A DNA stretch of 63,042 nucleotides, filler included, from Sluysia triapertura (taxonomy: Eukaryota): the NCBI GenBank assembly GCA_046118255.1. It is 5 parts of 5 records of this genome, joined end to end, with 100 filler letters (N's around TTAATTAATTAA, not from the genome) between each part and the next. Parts side by side here need not be neighbours in the genome. Positions count along the whole stretch, not along the records: positions 47,005 to 63,042 come from JBJNIA010212476.1; 4 more parts are not named here. One strand, 5' to 3'. Positions 51,866 through 63,042 of this stretch are shown piece after piece. Position 1 is the first letter of the stretch. Every line of letters begins with the position of its first letter. The position numbers were made by a program, and so were the translations under genes. Below the pieces are notes generated by a model, which searched no databases, was not told the DNA's origin, and saw only the letters and a list, made by a program, of their open reading frames with translations.

Positions 51866-53812
51866 TACTTGCTTTATTTATTTCTGTTGATAGTCTGTTA
51901 TACGTTATATTATTGTCTGTATAATAGAAAAATTCTAAGAAAATAGTGACTTTAACAAATATAGTTTCATTAAAACCCTCAGCAATACATGGTATTCAAT
52001 TTATTTTTATTTTTCACATAAGATTAAAATTATTTCAGAATTTAACTTAAGATTGGTTATATATTAATGAGTATATTTCAAAATATGTCAAAATAAACTG
52101 AAATATGTATAAAATGTAAATAAGGAACCTCATAAATATTGTTGCTAATAAAAACTTATTCACTTAATTTAATCTAAAAGTACCTATATAATCACGAAAA
52201 TTCATTTTGTATCTTAAAAACACTCCAAAGGTATTCAGAAACACCTTTAAATATCAAAATAGAAGCCAAAAAATGACGAACCAGGTAAAACATTTAATTA
52301 GCTTTTGGAAAACAGCACTTATCAAATGCTGATATTCGTAAAACAAAGAAATCCGTTAAAAGTGAATAATGAGACAAACAAATATTAACTAACAAGGTAG
52401 ATATAAATAAATAGAGTGCATAGTTCAATATGAAACGTAATAAATAGTGAAAACATATGATCAGAGCGATAATATGTATTGTAATTAACTAGTATATAGA
52501 GAAATGAGTTATACAGCCATAGGTAAGATCCAGTGTATATGGATTGTTATAGAATTGCATTATGTAGGAAGTAAAATATTGATGGGAGGGAAGTTGATTT
52601 TAGAGAAAATCTTATTTTATGAAAACTGGATAGTAATTGGTCATAATTTGTGATCAAGGAAAAATATCATTTGTAGAATAAACATTAATTCAAAATATTG
52701 ATTGACACTTTATTAGATTACAATTTCAATATTGGTTTTAATACTGCTTCATTTCTTAAGTAAGTGCAGAACTAAAACATAATATTAGATTACAATTTCT
52801 AAATTTAATTATTTATTAAGTACAGTAATTTTTCAATTATTATTTTAAATATTTTATAAACTTGGTTCAAATGTTAGAAAGATTTTAGAAAGTCAATGAA
52901 AAGTAATCAAGACAATGTATAATCATTCTATGATTCATAATTACAATTACAAATTCAGAAATACTGACAGAGAATCGTGTGGTAAATTAAAATAAAGCAA
53001 GTAAAAAATTCATAAACCTAAGACTACAAATAATTTTACAATATTATAATTAAACAATTCTGGTTTTGATAAAATCAAGATATGGCAGAGATAACATGAG
53101 TAATTTAGTGGACTATGGGTCTAACAGATTTATTAGAATTTTAAATTATCGTACAAGATATGAAAGAAAATATTGATAAGTACTTAATTATGGTTGATCA
53201 GTTGGTTGGATATCAGAAAATATGAGTCTGTATTTGCTTCGACAGGTTACGTTTATGTTAGATGAAAAGAAAATGAAATTCGCCAATGCAGAATTAAACT
53301 GATTATTATAATTTCACAAAACTGTTTGAGATTATGTGAGTCGTACATATTAGTTTTATATTATCTCGTATTTCTAGGTACAACTTGAATCAATCGCCGT
53401 GAAATTAAAAGATGTTAGTACCAAAACTTATTTTAAAGACTACTTCAACAAAATAAAATTGTTATCCTACATACCAAAAAGGATACGCGCTCTAATGTTA
53501 CCGTCTCACCACTACCAAAAAATTCATAAATAAGAGTTTTCTGGCCGCGATTCACAGTTGCATCTACTTATTTGTCAGTTTATCAAAATTAATTATTTAA
53601 AATAGTTCCATATAAACACATATTTCAGAAATTTTCCTATTGATTATCAATTGACAAATAAAAGTAGAGTATTTCCAGTATCAAAGTATCCAATCATTTT
53701 ACAAATTTACAAAAAATACTGTATTAAAATCAAGCATTGTTAATCACCAGACAAATGTCAACACTAACATGTTATTTACTTAAAATTTTCTATTTGAATA
53801 TTAAATTTGAAT

Positions 53813-54520
53813 ATGAACTCTAATTCTCGAAAATCCCATGATCCCAATCAACCTTCAAAAGTTATTCCAGTTACAAGCCATAAAACACGAAAATTCAAAC
53901 ATAATTCTTCACGCTATTCTCACAAACGTCGTAAAATTAATGAAACAAGTAGTAATAAAATCAGTAAACCAAATATCATAAACAGTTGTAATCAATACGA
54001 TGTATCTTATGAATCACTGTTATATAAGGACTTAAAACATGAATTTGTCATATTTTGTCAAAACACATCAATGCGTGGTTTACCACGTATAGTTAAAACG
54101 GAAAATAAACATTTACGTACACTTTGGATTAGTTTTGTTACTGCATTATTTGTAGCACTGATTGTAGCAGTAATATTTTTAACCAATCAGTATTATGAAT
54201 ATGATGTAATACACCCTCCAGTTATATTAACAGATCAATATCCACCATTTCCCTCATTTACGTTTTGTAATTTGAGACCGACATCGAGATCAGGTAGAGA
54301 ATATTTGAGGAAAAAGGCTTGGCGTTATCCAAGAGATTTTGTTAGTTTTGTCAATAAATATGCTGCTAAGTTATTTTACATAAATAATACTAGAGAAAAT
54401 CAAACATTATACACAAGATTAACAGCTGCTTTAAATATGAATGGTTATATTGAAAGTGTACCGTTTAATACACTAAATAGACTCGGTCATTTGTTAAATG
54501 ATATGGTTATTAGTTGCATG
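53813..54520 (+). CDS. DEG/ENaC (ASC family) amiloride-sensitive sodium channel, FaNaC-like; first coding exon
   Basis: FCQNTSMRGLPRI pre-TM1 motif, TM1 (LWISFVTALFVALIVAVIFL), FPSFTFCNLRP and LGHLLNDMVISC. The exon ends at an ATG|GTTAGT donor. No downstream exon was recognised in the remaining 8.5 kb. Confidence 0.88.
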
Positions 54521-57500
54521 GTTAGTAAAAAATAATTTATAATATATATTATTAATAAAACATATATAAATCGTCATGGTTATTTCTTTTCTTAAGTTAA
54601 AATAATTATAAATTTATTTACTTAATATATAAAACTAAAGTTAATGTTTCGAAAAAAAACTTTCTTTAATCCTTTTCGAATAATTTTAATAATATTTTAA
54701 TCGCTATTTTCCTTTTGTAAGTTATATTTTATTTTGTACCATTAAACAAATCACTAAAATATAAGAATATAAATATTGAATATAAATAAATAAATACTTT
54801 TTGAAATTAAGTGGAGACCTAAAAAGTACTAATTAATTATAATGAAACTAAATTGTCAGAAGGGTCTAATGACTCTTATTTTTCTCAAACTGCATAGTCA
54901 GAAAGTCATAGTTTAGAATTCCAATCAATCCATTTTACAAAGTCTAATAATTAGGTAAAACAAAGTAATTATTTACTTGCTTGGATGTTTATAATATAAA
55001 ATGTTAGTAGGAGTAAGGCATGCACAAAGTCTTTCCGATATTTTCATGCTGAATATTAATAATAATAATTATTTTTATTATAATTATTATTACTATTATA
55101 AGGTAGGTTATAAATAAGAGAGGAATATCAAAATATATAGATGAGTACGCATACAACTGTTTCGTAGCTTTGGATTTGTTATACGATTCAAAATATTTAA
55201 TTTATTAGTTAAAGTTTGAATTTTCAAAGTAACATATAATAAAAGCATTTTAATAGTCATTATTTTCATAGTATGATTCGAAATGTGAGGTATATTCAAA
55301 GATTACTTTCTAATTGGATAATGAAATAATTTTAATCAAATTTTATTAATTAATAAATGAATAATACATAAAAATGAGAATAAAGTATAGACGATTGATA
55401 CACCAAATGAATTTTCAAGTTGAAATCTTATAAGGATTGTGATTCACGACTGGAGACTTTATATAGTAAATTAATTAGCAATAAATAAAATTACGTATCT
55501 TAGTGACAAAAGAATCAAAATTTAAGTACGTAATATTAAAGAAGCGATAAAAATTAGTAAGAAGTAAATAAAAAGTTAAGTGGTAGCTTGTCAACCGGTT
55601 TCTAAAGTGTCAAAAACCTTAATTTACGACATTGGATAAATGAATAAGAATAGATACCAAAATTTATATAAAAGGTAAATATACTTATAAAAATAGACTT
55701 ACTGTCTTGATAAAAATATTGAAAAGACAATAAAATTATGGAAATGGCTTTTCAATATAGATTAAGTAACAAAAAGAGAAATGAGCTCTATAATTGCATG
55801 CATTCATTTAATATAATTTTGTTACATTAATTTATTTATATATTTTGATTATCTAAATTCGTAACAAGTTATAGAGTCTTAGTTTTGATAGTCTTTAAAT
55901 ATTATATTTGTTCTACGTAATATAATTGAAGTGATGAAACTTCAGGATTATGAATTCATTCAATGTCGGTATGAATACAAAGAAGTTATTGTGTTGCTAA
56001 AATTTCTACTACATTTGTGGATGATTGGTCTATATCAAAACTCAGTGGAGTAAAATTTATAGAAATATTAAAAACTGACCTGTAAAATTAGCTTTACTTT
56101 TAGAGGTCAAATACTAGCACTCAAAATAGGGTCCGAACATAGATATGTTCATACTTACGAGATTTTGACTAAGTCATTATCATTTAAAGAATATAATACA
56201 AAAATAGTACAAAAATAGTTTTCAAAAATAGTTTTCAAAAATAGTATTCAAATTTAATTGTAAGTTGCATTTTCAAAGTTTCAAAGTATATTAAAATCAG
56301 TGACATGCTAATACTATTAGATTAGATAAAATATATGTCGTCAATATTTAATGGAAACTTACCGAAAAACTAATGGAAACTAATTTTATGTGATTCAAAA
56401 GGCAGCTGAATTTTGAAATTTATATTTTGGTAATAATAACATTTAAATTTGTGTTACTCATTATTGTAATCTTAATTTTAACACGGATTCTCTACAAAAT
56501 ATGTTATTTACTGTTTAGGTTTAAATTCAAATTATTTTAGTTGTTAAACTTGACCTTCGATTGGTCATACTTAAAATATTTTCATTTATAAGAAAAGATC
56601 TTTTAAGATTTACAGTATAAGGCCAGCTAAGCTGAAGGATTTTAACATTAGTTAAGTAATGATGAGTTATACCTATAGAAATATATCAAATGAGAGCATA
56701 TTCACGTGATAATTATTTAAATTGTTTTATCCATAAACCCTAGAGTTACTCAGCAAAGTTCTATTACAAGCCGATCTTTGTAAAGTAATTTGTTCTTAAT
56801 TTACACTTTCGCATTATTTTATCATTATCAGTATAGTGTATTGGATATCCAACCTGACAATTTTTTAAATATACGCCTTCATATCAACATTAATTCATCA
56901 CTATCAAAACTCTTTAACTTTAACATTAACAAATCAGTGTTTAAATGTCCAACATTATCAATTAATCTTGTTAAATTGGTTTTTTAATTGTTAAATGCAT
57001 TTTTAATAATCTTTATTAAAAATATATCATTCATTATACTGGATTTTCTTCGAGCTGTAGTCCACGGCTTATGTCTCAAAGTAGGCGTACCTACAACCTA
57101 CAAAAATTAAAAAAACTTACTAAACAAACAAATTACTTAGTAAATTTACCATAAAAACTTTAATTTCTGATTTAAAACTTCAATTTTATAAATGATTATT
57201 AAAACTACTTAAATATGTTAATTTTGGAACTATGATACATTAGATTATAGATCAGAATATAATATTTCATTTCAAAACAGATACCAAGTTTTCAAGTACA
57301 TTATATATTAATATTATAATCGAAAAAATACTTTTATTTCGATTCTTTTTACAATTTCAAAAGAGTTAGCAAATTTAAAGATCACTAAGTTACAAAATAA
57401 ATATTTAATTAAGAAAATTAAATGAAATCTTAAATTAAATTTCAAAATGAGAAATCAAATTGTTTGAATTAAACTAACAACGAATCCAAATAAAATATAA

Positions 57501-57753
57501 TCAATTTTAATTAAAAATCCGAGTCAATTACAATCACATCCAAATTTTCTTAAAATATAAGTCACACGCAATTATTTGTTAATTGAGTAAATCTTTTGTT
57601 ATTCTAAAAGTGGTCAACTTTCTTCACCAAAAGACACTTTTTTTACACTTTGCATTATAGTTGAAGTATTCTTACAAAAAAATCAAGTGTTCATTTAAAT
57701 AAACTAAATAAAGTGTTCTGTCTAATAAATTTATTATTATTATCATCATTATT

Positions 57754-57785
<32 letters not shown>

Positions 57786-59681
57786 GGCAAATATTGTTGC
57801 AAATATTGTTGAAAACAATTAAAAATAAAAATATTTTAAACACAATTATGTAAAATTGTATTGTTTTATTTTATAATATAGAAAGATATCTAAATATCCA
57901 TGAACATTCAGATTACAATTTAAAAACTGCTAAAAAACTCAAACGTATTCAGAACTAGCAAGGTAGAAGTCAGAAACATATTTCAAGGATGTTTAATCAG
58001 GTTCCAGAAAAAGTAGATACCAATAAAGCATGGAAAATTCGCATCAAAGTCAACATTAGCAGGCATAATCAAATGCTACCTAGAAATAAATAAATAATAA
58101 TCAATTATAAATAAATAATAAATTAATCAATTGTAATACGAAATATTATACATATGAAAAAATACTACTTTAATCAAATTAACTATGAAACTCTTTTTTA
58201 GTCGAAATTAGAATGTTAAAATTCAAAACCAACTTAATTTCAATTACAATTCCCATATATTTTACAATAAATAAACACTGGATATCAGAATAATATGCCA
58301 AATATATTTCGACATAATACTTATTAATTAATACACACAAATAGCTTCAAAGATCACAAGTTCCAAGGTATCTTAAAGCTTCAAAACGTCTTCTCGAAGG
58401 TCTTTGGAATTCCAAATTAGTCTTCAATTCTTAAAATGACTATAGATGCTTTCATGCCCACTATTTTCACTCCAACAATGTTTAATCATCACTTATTCAT
58501 TATTTTATGAGTTCCTTCTAGATTTTTCGATTATATTTACAATTATTGTTAATCGTTGTATATTATAAATTAAAATAAACTAAAATTTAATTTAAAATAT
58601 TTTTAAAGGCATCATTATATTTAGAAGTCTCTGCTTTAAATAATACTTAATGTCTAGTTCGTTATTGTATATACTGTAAATAAATCACTTCCTCCAAATG
58701 AGGCGAAAGACGAGTCAAAAGAATTCACGATAATTCATTACTATTTCATTATATCCTTATTATCATTATTAATAATTTATTAGTATATTACTATTGAAAT
58801 TTCTATTCTGTGACATCTATTATGTCATCCTAGCAATTATATTATTTCAAAAATAGAAATAACTTTGTCTTCTTAAATATTTCACAATATTTCATTGATT
58901 TACTGGAACAATCAATTAATCACAATATAGCTATAGTTAATTTCGTTTTGAAAAATAATATTAAATAAATTTATATAGTTAAATTTACACTATATGTTAA
59001 TTTTTGATCATTTTCTGAACAAATATTTTTTTCAGAATTTTAATCGATTATATTTTTTATAAAATGTGGCTGTTTTCTTGTTATGATCTATAAGTAATCA
59101 AAAAATAAGACCAAATAAGTTTTAAATGAATTTAAGTTACTAAAAATTTTAGTAAAAAGAGAACATTATTTCTACTTCTAATGCATTGAAACCGTTTTGA
59201 ACATGTAGCACTTTAATAGAAAATTTATTTGTATATTTTTCAGCTTATTATTTATATAAATTTACTATTTTAATAACCTTATTCAGAAATTGATACTTAA
59301 TATACTTTTTGTACTAATTATTTGCCACTAATAATTTAAAAAAAAATTAAATCTAAGCTATATTACTTAAAACATTCTATAAATCGAATTATACATAGTA
59401 TTTGATTTTTACATTTTTTCAAGTTGATAAATATTGACAATTTGTTACGTTTGAATGATCAATTCTGTTATGTATTATAAAAATAAACTAAGCAGTAACA
59501 ATAATTTCGAAACATAATATTTCGATGATTACTTTTCATTTATCGCCACATTAATTTAACTAAAATATAATTGATGTATTGTATGATGAAAACATTTTTT
59601 TCGAAGTAATAAATCATCGTATTTTGAAAATAATTGACAGCTTATTTTGCATATTAAAATAGAAAAATTAAATTAAATTAA

Positions 59682-59733
<52 letters not shown>
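59682..59733. repeat. (AAT)n microsatellite
   Basis: Directly visible. Confidence 0.95.
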
Positions 59734-61281
59734 TATTAAATTATATAACACTAATATCTACCATAAAATAAATACTCAAAAACGCTTAAAATAAATAATT
59801 CATTATATTTCTGAAATATAGAGAATTTTACTTTTTCTTAAATATTTCGTAATCTTTCAGTATATTTTGAAATGTAAATTATACATAACCAACTCTATTG
59901 GTAAACAGTATAATTATTTAAAGAGTCATTTATAATCAAGCTAATTAATTATTAAAATAGTTTAATTCAAAACGAATAATCTAAATATTTAATATATTTA
60001 AGTGTCCTCCATAAATTCTGATATTTCATTCTTATAGCCAAAATCCTGCAGATAAGCCCTTAAGTGCGTAAGACTTGAATCACAGATGAACTCACTAATT
60101 TAAATTAAATCATTTATGATTGTAGATTAAATATATTTAAGTGAAAACACATCATAATACATAATAATCATACTTTTTAAATAAAAATAATTTCTTCTAA
60201 TCTTGATTACAATTTATGAGACAATAATTTTGAAATCTATCAATGAAATTAAACTGAAAAGAAATTTGTTTATTATTTGGAAGAAACATTATAATTAAAT
60301 TTCTAATTATTAAATACAATTTCAATATTATCATCTTACTCCATTAAAATCGACTAATTCAATTTCATTCACTAAAATCAATACATTATTAAACCACTTC
60401 ATAATATTTCTAGAAATCTGACAATTGTCGTAGCTATTGTTATTGATTTTTGAGTCTGATTTACCATTTGGGCATTTTAAAAAATGAATTCTTTCACTTA
60501 GTGATTTTTTTACAATATAAAGTTAAATTTTTGTTGGCTTTTTAATTTAATAAAGTTGCTTTATCATATAACAACATTTTGTATTGCTGTTTACTTAAAA
60601 GTGTTATATATATTTAAGAAAAACAATAACATATTTATTTATATTAATGAATACTTGATTATATAAATTTTAATTTTAATTTTATTACTAATATTTACAT
60701 TACTATCCATAATAAAAGTGATTTTAAATTGGAATTTAGGCTTATTTAAAAGATTTTAAATAAAGGATTTATCTAAAAGATTTTCGAGCAAACTTTAATC
60801 AGATTAATCCCAGTCAACGCCTGATAAATGGTCAGGCAAGCCAGGCGACTGTAAAGTATTTTTTTACATTCACTATTTTTTGGATTTTATAAATTAAAAT
60901 CGATCATTTTTCATGAGACATCGAATTTTTTAGCAAAAAAATTAATTTTTTTCTTTAATAATACCAAATGAAGATCACATCGCCAATTATTTGGTATTGT
61001 AAACTGTTTACAAACTGATTTTCAAAAAAATTAATTTAATTAACTATGTTATTGAATTTTTGACAAATAGCATTACAAAAAATCTTGTATGTCATAATTT
61101 ACTTTTCAAATTTCTGGCTCCCTCGTCGCTCAAACTTCAAATGCGCTTGTCATGTTATTCCATATGTTGTATCGCTTGTAAGTAAATAACTATTGTATTA
61201 TTTTTTACATAGTTGTGTAGTTTTTTTGCCTTTTTAACTATTTTTTTGATTCAGAGTAAATTTATATATTCTTGTATGAAA

Positions 61282-61331
61282 GGGCGTCAAATTTTGTTTT
61301 GCCCGTGGGTCAAACACTAGATCCGGTCCTG
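61282..61331 (-). mobile_element. hAT-like terminus
   Basis: The minus strand starts CAGGACCGGATCTAG with GC-rich subterminal motifs, typical of hAT ends. The partner end was not found. Confidence 0.45.
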
Positions 61332-62967
61332 ATCCCAACAGTGACTAACATAAGTTGTTTCTCGAATATTGAACTTGATGTTTTATAGCCATTACTTCTG
61401 AACCAACATTTGTTTGTAAAGATTAGATTGAACTTTTTTCTTCTTAAACTGCTCTTAATTCTTAATTCCAGAAGTTATTGATGATTTAATATTATCAAAT
61501 TATTGGTGAATTTACATTTTAAAAAATTGTAGCCTTTTATATCTGTCAATGTATCCTTTTATATGTGCAGAAATAGTGAAAACTAGTTGATTAGGAATAG
61601 TTGAATATCATCTAACACATCGTGCTATTTTATAATTGAACTTACTTTATAGACCTACAAATATAATTATACTCTTACATGCATTATTAAATTTACATTT
61701 ATTATTTTAAATTATTATTAATTATTACCATTACAATCTTTTATTATTATTATTATTCAAACAATAATAATAATAATAATTATTATTATTACGAATAATC
61801 TTCATAATAATAGAGCAACGAATTATTCAAAGATGTATACGTAGAAGGATTTTATGATAATAACGTTTACTATTTAAAAATGTCATTTCTAAAATACAAA
61901 TATTGAAAATAAATTCCAAGTTTGAATTGGTAAACTTGAATCAGACGAAATCATGTTGATATTTCCGTTTTTAAGCTTGTTTATTAAATTTTCATGTATA
62001 TTAAATTTTATTTATTAAAATTTTATTAAATTTTTATTTTATTTTATAAAATATGCAATTTTTAATTTGAGAAAACATTATTTATTTACTTTAATTTAAA
62101 AGTAAAACATTTTAACTTTTTATTATTAACAAAACAAACAAATTGTTTATTTGCATTAAAATATGGTATTACACAAAAGATAATTAAAAAATAATAACAA
62201 TGCAACCTAAAATTTCAATGAATATCATCTCATATTGAATTATAATACAGAAAATGTAGATAAAAACAAATAATATTTATTTATTTCTAGAAATAACAAA
62301 ATGAAAACCAAAGAATACAAAAGGCATAAAAATAGGTATAAGTAGTTACAAATTATATACAAATTGTAATTATAATTGAAAAATTTTAGAAAAAATAATA
62401 TTTTTTATTTGAAAAAAATTTTAAATGTATTTGTTACAAAATTAATAAATTAAAATTAACTTAGTCTGTTAATTAATTTTTAATTAATATTTAATCAACA
62501 CTTATGATGATGATTTTGAGTAAATTTAATAAAGTATTTGTAATTTATAAACATTTATAAAACTTTATAAAACGCTTATTTCTCATTTTTTAAAATTATT
62601 CTGATTTAATTAATTATTTAAACTGCCACAATACTTTAACTAATATTAAATGATTTCAAATTTTTAATACAAACAGTTTTTATCTGTAAAGCTGTGATTC
62701 TAAATGGAAGGGAGATAACAATTATAAAAATTTTCTTTCACAATTTAAGAGATAGAATAAAAATTAAATAAACTGAAATTTATTCCTAAAGTTTTAATTC
62801 TAAAGTTTAATTCTTTACAATAAGTTTTAAAGAAAATCCACACGTCAAACTTAATAATGAAAATTTGGTACCAAATTATTTAAAATTTATTTATACGATA
62901 TAGTACTTATTTTAAAATTAATAATAATATGCCCACCTTGTCCGATACTTAAAAGTTTTATTGTAGT

Positions 62968-63042
62968 TGTAGTGGCCAACCCCTTAACTTAAAAAATAAA
63001 ATAAAACTCATCACATAAAACAACATACACAACCATAACACT
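62968..63042 (+). mobile_element. Start of an LTR-like element (TGTAGTGGCCAACCCC family), running off the window
   Basis: 73/75 identity to the inverted copy ending at 36378. Confidence 0.75.

Overview
Very AT-rich, intron-containing eukaryotic scaffold. The flatworm-type DEG/ENaC channel, micro-introns and mariner/Penelope/LTR content suggest a planarian-like flatworm (inference). Five assembly gaps occur, four carrying an artificial TTAATTAATTAA linker. Host genes: three 3' exons of a DENND4/Crag-like Rab GEF (+, terminal exon not found), a complete 9-exon SLC35C2 transporter (-, 336 aa, five introns of 36-66 nt), and the first coding exon of a FaNaC-like DEG/ENaC channel (+) with an HG->RG gating motif. 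A decayed multi-exon RNF213-like pseudogene appears to span about 28-40 kb (-). The rest is mostly transposon debris (mariner, Tc1-like, piggyBac, hAT, Penelope, RTE, LTR families). The most unusual items are a dispersed two-hairpin motif (5-7 copies) whose stems covary while loop and tail stay fixed, and a solo-LTR-like unit with an internal tRNA-Cys-like Pol III cassette (two copies). A fold-back inverted triplication and orphan decayed ORFs also stand out. All homology calls come from manual translation and motif recognition, not database searches.
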